NCBI GenBank assembly: GCA_946965045.2
Contig: OX337237.1
Location: 2,232,001-2,296,000, forward strand
DNA: 64,000 nt
From: Epithemia pelagica
Taxonomy: Eukaryota > Protista > Bacillariophyta
Direction: 5' to 3'
How positions within the stretch are numbered: position 1 is the first letter of the stretch; each line of letters begins with the position of its first letter. The notes beneath the pieces were generated by a model that ran no database searches, was not told where the DNA came from, and saw only the letters and a list, made by a program, of their open reading frames with translations. The translations under genes and the position numbers were made by a program. Shown here in pieces: positions 12,904-26,200 of this stretch.

Positions 12904-13157
12904 CGATTAATTGCTTGTATCCCTTTTCACCTGCATGGAGGTGATGCCGAGATCTTGGCGTTAAGTCAATGTCATGTTGAGCGATCGCGAGTCGCGAGAT
13001 CAGACGTGCACCGCACATCGGAGGAAGTAGGGAGTGGAGAGTGGAGACAGAAAAGTTACGTCAAAACTGGGGGTGGGAGAAGCTTCAATCGTATGTGCCC
13101 CCGTCATCGGCGGTTTATGTTTCAATCACATAAACTCGTTACGACAACCGACTCACG

Positions 13158-14717
13158 ATGACCGAACCACAAGGAACGGCACCATCAGGCAGGACCGCTC
13201 CCTCTGTTGTTCCTCCTGTTCCCGCTGCAGCCTCCTCATCCACAGCAACGACAGGTGGTGGTGCACCGCCGCTGCAAGCAGCGCCTACGGATGCCGTCTT
13301 GATATCCAAGTTGACAGCCCAAGTGAAGAAACTGACCGAAGCCAATGGCAAGTATAAAAACTTGTTGAAACTAGCAAAAGAACGCATTCAACAACAAGAG
13401 GAAGACATTGAAGAGCTTCAGCAAAGTAAAAATCAGTTGGAAGACCAGTTGAAGCACGCCTCGTCTGGATCCTCCTTGTCCAACACCAATAACACCACCG
13501 CTTCCAACGCTGCAGATGTGGTGTCACTGGACGATGCCTTGAGCGAAAGAGGAGATGCGGCAGATGGAGGATCCTCTGCCATTCTGAACATTGTTCGTGT
13601 ATGTCAGCGTGTCAAAGTTCCCTCTGTGGGGACTGAATCAAGAACGAAATCATCAGCAGGAGAGGAGATTTGGGCCTTGATGGAGATTGAGCAGCAATCA
13701 CCACTGGCGCAACAGCAAGGGCTTGATGATAGCTCCAATCGAATCATGCGAAAAGAATGGAAACGTTTCGATACCGAAGCACAGCTACAAGACTTTATTC
13801 GACGTGATACAGGGGAACCGCTTACGCTGCCACCGTTTTCGCTTACACCCGAGCAATCACAAAAGGTCCAAAAGGATGCCAAACTGGAAGTTGCGGCTGT
13901 GACGGAAGAATTTAGGCGATTCCGCGTCAAATCCGAATTGGCTCGGAAGCAAGCCGATTCGCATATTCGAGACTTGCAAACGGCACACAAACAATCGGCC
14001 GCACAACGTATCGAAGGCGGAGGAGACGATCCGACCCGGTCCATAATCCCCAATGACCATTCCTCGTCCTCTTCATTGCCTTCTCCATCGCTGTCAGTGA
14101 GCCTTGGTAAGAATGGATCACCTGGACGTCGACAATTGGTCGATTCCAGTCAAGTGGAACAAATGAGAGCGGAACTGGCTTCCCAAGAAAACTATTGGAA
14201 GGAAGCCTACAACACCCTTATGGAGGAAAACAATGCCTTAAAATCATCAGGATCGGAAGCTCTGCTTGCATCTCAGTGGAGACAACGATACGAGCAAAGT
14301 CAACAAGAAAAACAGAGCTTGCTATTTCAACTGGATCAATTAAAGAATTCTGATGACAGTCAAAATAATTACGAAGCCAAGTATCGCGATCTTAAGGAAT
14401 CCTTTCGATTGTATCGCAAAAAAGCCAAGGAACTTTTTGATACCACATCTCCTCCTCCTCCCACTCCAACGACACCTGGTATGGAAGGTGATGCATCCTC
14501 GTCGTCGTCGTTGCTGCTTCGAGCGGCCATGGTTCATGGTTCGGCGGATGCCAAACTGGACTATTTGCGCAATTTAATGGTCAATTACTTGACGGCCGAG
14601 GCCGATGTCAAGAGTCATATGGAAGGGGCGATTGGAACTGTCCTGCAATTCAGCACGGAAGATGTGGCTCGAATTGAAAAGAAACGTGCCGAAAACGAAT
14701 CCTGGCTATTTTATTGA
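13158..14717 (+). CDS. Coiled-coil golgin with C-terminal GRIP domain
   Basis: 519-aa ORF with long heptad-rich segments. The C-terminal KLDYLRNLMVNYL...MEGAIGTVLQFSTEDVARI and aromatic end (WLFY) match the GRIP pattern. Confidence 0.8.
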   Translation: MTEPQGTAPSGRTAPSVVPPVPAAASSSTATTGGGAPPLQAAPTDAVLISKLTAQVKKLTEANGKYKNLLKLAKERIQQQEEDIEELQQSKNQLEDQLKHASSGSSLSNTNNTTASNAADVVSLDDALSERGDAADGGSSAILNIVRVCQRVKVPSVGTESRTKSSAGEEIWALMEIEQQSPLAQQQGLDDSSNRIMRKEWKRFDTEAQLQDFIRRDTGEPLTLPPFSLTPEQSQKVQKDAKLEVAAVTEEFRRFRVKSELARKQADSHIRDLQTAHKQSAAQRIEGGGDDPTRSIIPNDHSSSSSLPSPSLSVSLGKNGSPGRRQLVDSSQVEQMRAELASQENYWKEAYNTLMEENNALKSSGSEALLASQWRQRYEQSQQEKQSLLFQLDQLKNSDDSQNNYEAKYRDLKESFRLYRKKAKELFDTTSPPPPTPTTPGMEGDASSSSSLLLRAAMVHGSADAKLDYLRNLMVNYLTAEADVKSHMEGAIGTVLQFSTEDVARIEKKRAENESWLFY

Positions 14718-15358
14718 GAGCGACCGTGTCAACCTCCCTTGCAATAACCGTGTATTGCAACTGATATCGGACAATCGTACTGGGACAACCGCAAACTCAC
14801 GAGAGAATCTGGAATTGGGAGAAGAAAGTGCCAAAGGGTTTGTGTCATAAGGACCCCACGTACAAACAGAGTGGACACAGACGCACTTATGCGACCTACA
14901 TCACGCTTCCTCCCTCTGCAAAAATGGTCCTCATACCAACTTTGGCGCAGTGAAACTGTGAACAGAAAAGTTTTGTCAGAACAATAGAAATAGGGATAAC
15001 GAAATGGTTTATTCTTCTACATTATTTATAGAATGCATTGTCATCGGAAGGTGGAAGAATGTAAAACGAATGCATGAAGTGAATGGAAACTGCAGGGGTT
15101 GGAGCTGCGTCGAAAGAAGCAAGGCGGTCCAGAAGGAAAATGCTAGCATGATGATGTTGGTATCTTGGTATCTTGTCGACTGAAACACGACGCGAAAGCG
15201 CCAGACAGAACGACAAGAATGGATCTCCAGAATACGAAAATTGGATGAATGACATGATATCGGCATGGAGGGGGGGGAAGAGAGAAAGTGCTGGGGATGG
15301 TGCACAAAGGTGGCCATGTCATTGTCAACGACATGAGTTGTGTAAGTGTGGTTGTTCA

Positions 15359-16540
15359 TCAATGGCGTCGATAATCCATCATGCCGGTACTTTCCGAGTA
15401 GTTCATCACCACTTTGGAGTCGTATTGTGGAAATACACTTGCCAAATGTTCCGCCCGCCATCGTTTGATGCGTTGCGTGTAGGGTTTGATTCCCAAATTT
15501 TCCAATTGCGCTCGACTAAATTGCAAACACAATAGGACAAAGGAAATTTGACCCAAGGGTGGCTCCATCCCTGCCATCATGATTCGTGTAATCCGATACG
15601 TGCCATGGCAGGAAAAGAAAACAAACAAGAAAACCAGAGTTCCGTTAGAGAACGTCACCAACAGGTACTTTCCAAAAGGTAGCAGAAAAAGGGGGCGAAA
15701 AGACAATAATCGACACTTACAATTCCATGTCCATGCTCCAACCTCCAGCCAAGTTTCCAAATCTTCAGATTCTGGTACATCCGTGGTGACATATCTTTCA
15801 TTGAACCATTCAGCAGTCATTTTATTAAAACAAAGAGGAAAGGAAGCCAGAGCTGCTGTCAGCGCAACAGCAATTCCAATTTTGTAGGGCAAGGACAAGA
15901 GATACTGTCCTTCCTGATTCTTGGCGGCAATGGCGGCAAAGGTTTTACAGGCTTCGTCGTACGTCACATTGTCCACCGTCATTATGTGTCGTTTCAAAAT
16001 TTCTTTGCGCGCTTCATGGTCCCCCAACTCTCCCAATACTACCAAGGTGGGATTGTCCATTTCTTCCATGGAAATGGGCATGGAATGGACACCTTCCAAA
16101 CTGGGTTGTCGGATTTTGCGAGGATGATTGGACGGTCGACGACGATAGGACGACGATGTGCGCAATCGTCTACGGCGTTCCGGTATGGGGGGAACAATCA
16201 AGGTGCGTACCGAACCTCCCAACGCTGGCTGCACCAACGACAGTCGGGTGGGTTGGGTTGTCACAGCGGTCCAGGATCCAACACAACTCAGTGTAGTTGA
16301 TGTAGCCAATGTGGGAGAAAAGGACGAAGCCTGTCGCCATTGTGAAATGGGATGAGAAGGCCGTCTTGATGTACTAATCGCCGTACCATTCGGTTCTCTT
16401 GTCGTCGTCTTTTGGTGCTGTGGAACAACAAGGCCGGAGGTGGTGTTCGTCAACGAGGACAGCCATGCATACTTGCTACTGCCTTGGTTCGTCCACGGCC
16501 CCTTTCTACCGAACGTCGACACGGCAGCGTTGCGCAACAT
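15359..16540 (-). CDS. Conserved hypothetical membrane protein, possibly organelle-targeted; intron 15571-15720
   Basis: 393-codon ORF. Removing GTAAGT...GGCAG (150 nt) gives LEVGAWTWN|WMEPPLGQISFVLLCLQF. The N-terminus is Ser/Thr/Arg-rich and presequence-like. Confidence 0.65.
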   Translation of the reverse strand: MLRNAAVSTFGRKGPWTNQGSSKYAWLSSLTNTTSGLVVPQHQKTTTREPNGTAISTSRRPSHPISQWRQASSFSPTLATSTTLSCVGSWTAVTTQPTRLSLVQPALGGSVRTLIVPPIPERRRRLRTSSSYRRRPSNHPRKIRQPSLEGVHSMPISMEEMDNPTLVVLGELGDHEARKEILKRHIMTVDNVTYDEACKTFAAIAAKNQEGQYLLSLPYKIGIAVALTAALASFPLCFNKMTAEWFNERYVTTDVPESEDLETWLEVGAWTWNCKCRLLSFRPLFLLPFGKYLLVTFSNGTLVFLFVFFSCHGTYRITRIMMAGMEPPLGQISFVLLCLQFSRAQLENLGIKPYTQRIKRWRAEHLASVFPQYDSKVVMNYSESTGMMDYRRH

Positions 16541-18459
16541 TGTGATCTCTTATTTCTCTCTTGCTTTCGTTGCGACAAGAGTACAAATTTCAAATGTCTA
16601 CAAATAACTTGGTGTCCGTCGTCTTCGTGTTGGCAACGAAGAGAAAGAGATTACGTGGATTCAAAATTTTTGAAATAATGATGAACCGAGCCCGCCGGCA
16701 CTTTCAATGTAGCTAACGGTAGCTACTCCTCCCTCTCAACTCCAGCTCCTCCAGGTCGCTACCGAAAGAAACTCTACAAATGTTTGATTTCTCGTACTCC
16801 TGCTAGGATTAGCTACAAATGAAAGCTCTCTGGTTGCCATTGTGTTCTCTCCACTAACACTTTGAATTGGCCATGGCCACAAACGAATAGTATCTCTGGC
16901 GGTGGAACACGCTGCAGTCGAACATGTCATCTTTCCGTCTCTCTATTGCAACACAACGAAAGACGAATGACCAACAAACTTGTAATGAGAAAAAGATCTC
17001 GTTGGTCCTATAGAGCCCAAACTGTAAGCACGATCATTCTTCCTTGTCCTCTTCGAATGCCTACATCGGATTTTGACCACTCCACCTAAACATGGCTTTG
17101 TCCAGCGGAGAGAAGAAAGGGGGGACCAGAAACGTCGAGTTCGTGTTGTTGCCAAGGTACAATTTTTCTCTCGCTGCATCCGTGGAACACCAAATCAATG
17201 GATCGAGATCCGACTACATTGTGTCTTGTGGTACTCCAACTTGTTTATGGACCATGTTGCCCTCCCCAAACGGTGGATTGTCGATTCGAGCCAAGCGTGA
17301 CAAGACAGAACAAGCCAGCTCTGCGCGGGATCGACAAAAGAAAGCCCAAGTTTCGCATGCTCCTCCATACGCGTCAATGACTGCAGTACCACGCATTTGG
17401 GCCAAACACACGCTGGACCAACGGGGTCGTTTTCAAACGACCAGCATCTCTTAGGACCAGAGCATCATGACAACATTGGGCTACCACGGTCCGTGTATCA
17501 GTGCACAGACATGAGGCGAAACTGTCAAACAGATAGGTCGTCGTGCCTCTTTGAGCAAGTGGACCAGAATGAAAAAAACTCAATGTAAAAAAGTCTCAGT
17601 TCTTACCTCAAGACCATGATGAGTTGACCTTCCCGTCTGTATTTCGGCTCTGCCACCAACCAGACCAGTGATTCGTTGTGGTGATTCACCCACTCCTAAT
17701 GATCTTCCCATTTACTTGTCTTCGACTAAACTTCTTGATAGTTGCACCATTCATCAAAGTATTTGTGTATGGTTCGGTGTCCATGAACTGACTGGTGGCG
17801 TTCCTTGCTGTCCTGTTCGATGCCATTCGTCAAGTTCATCCTTGTTTCAGTATTGGCATCTCCATGTGTCTCGGTCACTTGGTCATTTCACTTGATAGTT
17901 CTCGAGTGCTTGGCTTTCACGATTTCCACGCAAGACACTTGCTGTAATTCATGTAGAGGAAGGAGTAAGGGAGCCACATCACGGTGTTGGTTGCTATTAC
18001 GCATATGAATGACCTTTACGCGGAAGGGGGAGAGAGAAAGTGTCTAAAACCAGGAACAACATTCCGAAGTGCTCAGACTCTAGGTAGGTGTCAAATATCC
18101 ACACACAAACTCTCGTCACTTCTCTTTGAGTTGTATGTTGTGCTTGGTTGGATAGGAGGACATCATGAATAAGGTCTGCTTCTCGTCTTGGGAAAGGCTG
18201 TTTTTTTATTGGGGGAACTTGGGGGACACTGGAATCTTGTTGGACCTACCTCTGACCTATTCCTCATACAAAAAAAGGCTGTACTACCTAGAGTAGTATT
18301 GATGCCACAAGAGTGAACTATGACCTATGACCGTGACATGTGTATATTGCCCCTGCTCCTGATCGTAAAAGTACGAGTACGAGTACTCGTACGAAGTACA
18401 AACCAAACAGTAATCAGTACGAAGGAAGTACAAACCAAACAGTAAGAGTACTCGTAGAG

Positions 18460-18487
18460 AGTTGGAAGTTGGAAGTTGGAAGTTGGA
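18460..18487. repeat. 7-mer microsatellite (AGTTGGA)x4 in a TACGAG-rich tract
   Basis: Read directly: agttggaagttggaagttggaagttgga. The upstream 18368-18455 tract has gtacga repeats and a duplicated aagtacaaaccaaacagtaa. Confidence 0.85.
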
Positions 18488-18600
18488 AAGTCAAAGCAAA
18501 AGAAAGACACTAAGAGAAGTATCAAGAAAAAATCAAGAATCAAATGAAGTCGGAAGTCGCAGTCATTCGTCATCATCAGTCATCATTCATCATCTCATAA

Positions 18601-20000
18601 CCCTCGGTATCAGTGTCCACTGCTTAGCTGTTTTTTGTCTGTGCCACCTTCATAGGTTCCCAGGTGGACACAGACAGAAAATTTCCTTTTTGACGCAAAT
18701 GGAAATGACTAAATTGCAAATTGGCACGCATACCCAGCTGGAGTTTTCGCAGTTCATGAAACTGACGCATGCCCAGCAAGCGGCCCTGCGTGGATGACGG
18801 TTGCAGAATGCGCCATCCAAATTCCAAATCCCCCATAAAATTACACAAAGGCCATCACCCACAATGGCATGGCATGAATTGTCACCTTTCATGCAGTTGA
18901 GGTAAGTTTGAACGTACAAAAATGTCTCCATGACAACATCAGCTTTTGAACTGTCATTCTAACTTCTCCCTCACACTTGTATTCGTTTTTCTCTTCTGAT
19001 ATTCAACATTCGACAACTGTCTCTCTCTCTGTCCACTTCATTGAGAGTGAATGTTTGTACCTATGGAATGTCAATTCTCCATTCGAGCCTCGGCTTAAAA
19101 TTGGAGACCACATAGAGCTTCTTTCTTTGTATACTACTCCTAGGAGTTTCTATCAGAAGTTTATTTCCTATCTTATTGATTTTGTAAGATCGTGCGTGTT
19201 ATTGCCGTGCTTTCAACCACCATGACACTCTGGTGAAGGTTTGGGGCCATCTTGAAGCAACTGATCGACTCTGTGATCTACGAAGACTAGTTTGAGTAGG
19301 CCTAGTGGCAACAAGCTGCCTTAGTTTGTTTTCATCTCTAGGTCTATGTACTTGAGTATCCGACACACAAAGAAAGGTTCTTGATCTGTGATCGACATGG
19401 AGATGGACTAAGCGAAGCACAATGATGAGAGTAAAAATCCATGCTACAAAGATAAGAACACAACCAACATTCAAGGAGCACTACGATTAGAGCAAGGAAA
19501 AGTTGTGGCAAACGGCCTACAATGACTTGTCCTCCGTTTGATTGCGACAAAATCAAAGGAGCACCAACCATCAGCATTAACAGGGACAAAGATTAATGAA
19601 ATAACGTGTGAGAAAACTAGGCAGGACATGAAAGAAGCTAAGAGACAAACAACAAGCAAGAAGAGAGAAAAACCAACCAAAATACTGCTTCAGGTCGCAA
19701 GGCTTCAGAAAGAGCTCGCTTCATGGTCAATGTCGAATGTCGATGCTTTTGACACCGCGTGAGATTTTTGTGACGAGACGAGAGTCGTGTGAAAGGATTC
19801 CAAATTTGAATCGTGGTCACGGTCACAGGAAGATGCTAACCGCCAACTGTCACTTGCACGCCGGCATTTCCACCAGGACGAGGAACTATATTGGTGAAAA
19901 GGACAGACGAAAAGTGAAATTTTCTGTCTGTGTCCACTTGGGAACCTGTGAAGGTGGCACAGACAAAAAACAGCTAAGCAGTGGACACTGATACCGAGGG
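18601..20000. mobile_element. Non-autonomous TIR element, 1400 bp, with 85-bp TIRs and CCC...GGG ends
   Basis: 18601-18685 (CCCTCGGTATCAGTGTCCAC...AGAAAATTTC) is the reverse complement of 19916-20000 with 2 mismatches. No long internal ORF and no obvious TSD. Confidence 0.8.
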
Positions 20001-20288
20001 ATCCCTTACTCGTATTGAGTTGAATCACAATTGCTTGGTGGCTCCTGATGACTGGGCACTGGGCACTCGTACAATACGAGTACGAGTACTACCTCGTAAC
20101 ATTGGCCCCTCCAGTTTCCAGTGTGACCAATAGTCATTTTTCACTATTGCCCTTCATGACCAGCTATGTCAGTCACTAGTAGTGTACTTTGAACTAATTT
20201 TGCGTGGTTCGCGAAAAAACCCTTTATCCACATCATATCTCTTATCATAATTTTCGATCGACTGCTTCTAGTAAACGAAGGAGGGAAA

Positions 20289-23200
20289 ATGAAACTCGCA
20301 ACGCTGCTTTTCAGCGTTCAAGTCCTGGGCCGGTGCTGGTTCACCAACGCGTTCCTCCGTGCTGGCAACTCAGAAAGCTTTGAACGGGAGCTATCGTCTT
20401 GTGGCGGATGGGATCAGAGTTGTTGTTCAACATCGCCGTCTGACAGACAATGTTATGATCGAAACAAGGTGGCTTGTGACGCATCATCTTCTTGTACAGC
20501 ATGCGGAGGAAAAAATGAGCAATGTTGCGACAGTGCGGATGGTCCGACTTGTGACGCGTCCTTTTACTTTTGCAATGCGAACAACATTTGTGAAAAATGT
20601 GGTTGGTGGGGTTCGAAGTGCTGCCCTCAACCAGATGGTAGCTTGGGATGTCTTGACAAGAAACATCATATTTGTAACCTTACGTCGACAGAGTGTGAGT
20701 CCTGTGGTGATATTGGCCAGTTTTGTTGCGATAGCGACAAGCCGTGCGACTCTTTGTTTGCTACTTGCGATCCTAGCACCAATAAGTGTGTCTCTTGTGG
20801 TGCGAACAATGAAGACTGCTGTGAGGACTCGCTGGGAAATCCTTTCTGTGAGGATAATATCAGACGACGTTGTGTAGGCCACGAAAATTGGCTCGGAGGT
20901 GCACCGGGCACTTGCATGAACTGTGGCGGTGAAGGTGAGCCGTGCTGTGTACACCAGGGAGCGCCCACATGCGAATCATCCTATTTATTTTGTAATGCTA
21001 CAAGTGATCTTTGTCAAGACTGTGGTGGTACTAATGAACCATGCTGTCCTAGTGGAGACACGAGCATGGTGGGAACATGCAAGGATCCTGGCTACACAAC
21101 TTGCTTTCCGGACGGCGTTGGAGGTGGTGTTTGCAGGTCATGTGGAGGGACTGGGCAACCATGCTGTGATGCTGGTAGTTGTGATTCCCATTTTGGTGTA
21201 TGCAATAGCACATCATACTGCGAAGAATGTGGAAAAAAGGAGGGCCAGCCATGCTGTGATGGAGATACTTGCCGAGACACCGGTAATCTCTCATGTAACA
21301 CGACCTCGGCTCAGTGCGAGAAGTGTGGTGGCCCGGGTGAACTTATTTGTACTGGTTTGGGAATCCGAAAGTGTGACACTGAGTATGCGTACGAATTGAA
21401 TGGAATCTGTCATCCATGTGGGGCTGATGGTGAGGAATGTTGTCCCGGCAACAACGAGTGCCAGAAGACAGGTTCAGCTTGCATCCCTAACATGGACATC
21501 TGTCATCCGCTTCATCTTCATCCTTCTGCCAGTCCTTCGGCAGTTCCTTCGTCTTCTCCGTCAAGCTCACCTTCGGAGACACCGACAATATCTGCTGCGC
21601 CTAGTGCAGTGCCATCTGCAACTCCGTCGTTTCAGCCAAGTGTCAGCCCAAGTAGTTCCCCAACCCTATCTATGGTACCAACGAATACTCCTTCGCTTTC
21701 CATGTCCCCGACACTGATCCTCTACATTGACTTTCCAAATGTTATGGACACGTGGGAAACAATTGCCCCATCAATTTTGACTATTGCGAAGAGTGATGCT
21801 GGTGTCCTTGGCAGGATTGTTCTGGTCAATGGCGATGATTGGGTTCCTGTTGTGCGAAGTTATGATGGAGGCGAGTGGCATCCATATGCTGGTACTTTTG
21901 CTGGTATGTCTGTGACGTGTACTCCGACGGACTGTTCATTTGAACTTGACGATCCCGTGGAAGGAGTCTACAAGTTGGGAGCAACTCGAGGATATACGTT
22001 GACCAATGACGAAGTAGCTGCTCGCTTTTTTGAATCTACAACTTTTGGAATGCCCATCAGCGGTATTACCGCCTTGTCGAGCCAGCTACTTGCATCTTCC
22101 CGAAGGCTATCTTCATCTTCCAACTCGGAAGATCCGACGTTTGCATCCTGGGTCTCCAACCAAATGGATGAAAGCGTCACGCCTATGACCTCTCTTCGAC
22201 AATTTTATCGGATGCGCACCAATGGTAAGAACATGATACGGAAACCGGAAGTACATGCCAAATTAATACCTCATCGAGTTACTTGCTTGGTGGCTGGCGC
22301 AAAACAGGTATATTTGAAGGATCAGCTTATATTGGCGGCGTAACATACCCTTGCGATGAATCAACCACTTACAGGCGCTATGCATTTACTGTGAAAGACT
22401 ACGAGAAAATTGCGACTGTCTCGAAACCCACCAACAATCCTACTTGGAGGAAGATCGAAATTGACGGTCGCTTGGTCACTATTGTTCAGGGTAACATTAC
22501 GGTGGATGGTGTTGAAAATGAAATTGATGATGGACCGTAAGTCATTGATGCAATTAAATTGTCAAGTCTCTCCCTGACTCACACCTTTCGCCATACTACT
22601 ATTGAAGTTACAAAATATGTCGACGACCAGAACACTTTCTCACAGGGGACGTCAAGTTCAAAATTGGTAACAAATGTAAAGAAGTATCATTCAACGGTGT
22701 AAAAGGAAATCCACCAGTTGACGTGACGGGAGAAAATGTAGTTGAAATTCAGCTTAATTCAACATATGCTCAGCCAATTGACGAAGCTCTCTATCAAGGC
22801 GAGACACAAATGCTCACGATCATGCAAGCGTTGACACATGCCGAGTGCGAAGCTGTACCCCCGGCACATGGAATCGTTCCCGTTGTGTTCGCTGTGTACG
22901 ATGGACAATCGTTTGTTCACACTCCACGATTCAAATTGTCAGATAATACGTTGTCGTCTCCATTGATTGATGGTGGGGGAGCAATCGTTGCCACCACGAC
23001 CGGTGCCTCGTCAGACCAAACTGCAAGGTGTGCCAATGTCGCGCGAACCTACCTCAATGAGGATTCATGTTTCCTCAGCAGTGACAATGTGACCTGCGCG
23101 GTTGAGGAAGCACAAAGCAAATTGGTCTGTGGCAGTCCAAATGAAGTATCGAATGAGCTGACTCTTGGTGGAACACAGCTTAATGGTGCATTCGATGCAA

Positions 23201-26200
23201 AAACAAGTTGGGGTGGCAAGTCCAGCGGCTTCACTTTCCGTACTTCAAAACAGGAAGTTTGGACTAGTGCCGTTCTTTCGGCTCAGGATCAGTTACGCCA
23301 AAAGGTTGCTTGGGTACTTTCGCAAGTACTGGTTATCAACACTGCCGAAACAGGTCGAGACTACACAGAGCAGTACTTGAACTACTTCGATATATTTGTC
23401 AAGCATGCCTTTGGAAACTTTCGCGATGTCTTGAAAGAGGTTTCTTACAGCCCTCTAATGGCTGAGTTTCTTTCTTATCATGGATCGAAATCAACGGCCT
23501 ACCATTGGGATGATAAAAAGATTGTCTTGTTTCCAGACGAGGTACGTGAATGTTTCCTTTTTGCTTGTTGCTTGCCCTCGTCCCCGGCATCTCAATGTCG
23601 TCTTGTCCGTACTTCAGAATTATGCTCGTGAAGTCATGCAATTGTTTACTATAGGACTTGTCGTTTTGAACGAAGATGGTACGCACACGGAGGGAGCAGG
23701 AAACACATACACGAATGATGATGTAAGTTTGATGCTTGTTTTTGTCGCAACATAATTCAACGAGCTCACGACAAGACTCTTCTAGATATTGGAGTATTCT
23801 CGAGTCTGGACTGGTTTCTTTAAGCAGTCCATGCGTGGTAACATAGAGGCGGGGAAGTGGAACAACTTCATTGATCCAATGAGAATTCGAGCTGACTGGA
23901 GAGATGTACTTCCCAAAATGGTGAGTGTTCAATGGCTCAAAATAGTTGTATGACCCGGCTTCTGATCTTACCATTCGCGATTCCAATCACAGGGGCTGCA
24001 AGGAAAATATATCGGAGAGGGTTATCCTTTGTGCGCTGACTTGCCCGCTCAGCATTTCTTAAAGGCTGGAGCTGTGTACCGCCTCTTAGGTTATACTTCT
24101 TATCCAGAGCTACAAGAAGAACAGGACCGCGAAGAATGGGTTGGGGTTGGGGACAATGATGTTAAGCGATTCAGCGCTCCTTCCCAAGGAGGTCTGTACT
24201 CTCACCTATGTAATTACGATGGTGTGAAGTGCGATTATGCTGCCACTGTCGTACTTCCTCATGACCTGACCTGTACCCAAGATACCGAGGAATGCAAGAT
24301 TGATTCGCCTCGAACTGTAGAAGTGGAAGAAGGCATTTTCTATGAATACATCCGACCGGCGTGTGCAAATTTGGCCTTCTATGAGAATCCCAAAAAGATC
24401 AAGATGCGTCACGGAAGCTCCAGAACGTACATGTGTGCAGATCCAAGAACCGAAGACGCCGGGGCGGTTTGCTGTAACGACGACTTGACGAAAGCCTATA
24501 GATACGACACGTATCTTGCAGAACGTGTCACCTTTGAAACTGCACAGGCACGATGCGACGCCGATTCAACAAGAACCATGTGCTCACATAGTACAAGTGT
24601 GAGGGATTGCAATAAAGTTGGAAAAGGACCTTGTTCTGGTGACCCTTATTTTTGGACCACTGAAACCTGTCAACTCCAAGTTAAGATTACTTCTGACCGC
24701 AAAGTTGCCATCGTTCACAATGTGCCTTCCGAGTCAACCCCTGTCACTGATCATGTGAGCGCCGAAACAATGACATTCTTTCGCGTTCACTGGGATGGCA
24801 AGATCGACAATTTGCTTAACAACTGTAACGCCGCGGAGGCGTGTACAGCCGTACCTGATGGATGTCTGTGCGATGTATTCGCAGCCGAGGAAAAAGCTTT
24901 CGATAGCTCCACACCTCCATCCAAGGATGACGTATTATCGCTACCGTATGGTGCATTTGTGCCCAGCCAACTCGGACAACCTTCTCTTGTCTCGGGAAGG
25001 AGTGATGTTTGGGTCTATGGTGGAGACTATTCCAAGGAAACGGTCTTTGAAGTGGTCAATGACCACACTGGCAAGGTTGAGAGAAGAAAGAACATGCGCT
25101 CAACGGTGTCACTGACCGTGTCACCGACTGAAACACTATCATTCCGCACTCCGGTTCATATTATGAGCCTTGCCGAAGAGAACGAACGTGATGCAATTTA
25201 CGAAACGGAGGCGGCGCTTGATCAATATTTTTACCACACCAATACCGCGCCCTTCCTTGCTTTCCGGTTCGCACAACGCTTTGGAATATCAAATCCCACG
25301 CCTACCTACATCAAAGCAGTTGTTCGTGCGTTCAAAACCGGAAACTACACAAGTGGTGGCCAGACTTTTGGAAGTGGCGAGTATGGAGATCTCGCGGCCA
25401 CCTTCGCCGCTGTAGCGCTCCATAGTGAAGCAACGAATACACTTTTGGAAGCAGACCCTGTACATGGATCCTTCCGAGAACCCTTGCTCAAATTGATTCA
25501 GTTGATGCGGACACTGGAATTCCAACCTGTGAGTGGGGCTCCGATGGTCAAACTAAACGACGACCTTGATAAGACAATCCGACAAATGGCATTTGAAGCA
25601 CCCGGTATGTATCAAATCACGATAGTCGAAACTCGGAATACTCCATACTTTCCTTGCTCACTTTCTCTCCTTCTCCAGATGTTTTTTCATACTTCCACCC
25701 TCACTTCCGGCCCACTGATATCAATGGCGACGTAAGTCTTCAGAGATCTGAAAGGAATGAAAATCGATGTGACCTCTCACTCTTGTCTTTCTGACTTTCA
25801 TTATTCTAGTCATCGATTGTATCTCCGGAGGCTCGTGTGTTGAATGCACCAGAAATATTTAATGCTGTGAACGGTTTTCAATCCCTTTTCAAGTACGGCT
25901 TAGTGGAATGTTACACCGGGTATGGCTACACGTTGACCGCAGACGGAACTGTCGGTGAGAAATGTTGGAGGAAAGACGTTGGAGATTACCTCGGAAGTTC
26001 AGGCCACTTGACTGCACTTTCGGGCAGCACACTTAATTCCAGCGAAGTGATTGATAGGTTGAATCTGCTGATGACAAGTGGCAGACTGAGTGATACAAGT
26101 CTTGAAATCATCAAAACGGCGTACGAAGCAGAGTTTAGCACATCTGGCGATCGCAAATTGGCAACCATTAAAGCCCAGCAGTTGATTTCCACAACTCCTG

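Noticed and set aside
16700-18300. Possible degenerate gene or TE in the ORF-poor stretch
   Set aside because: Only short ORFs with no motifs; I found no terminal repeats or matches elsewhere in the window.
18460-18487. 7-mer repeats here and at ~58600 as telomeric or CRISPR repeats
   Set aside because: Not TTAGGG-type, no spacers, only about 4 units; ordinary microsatellites.
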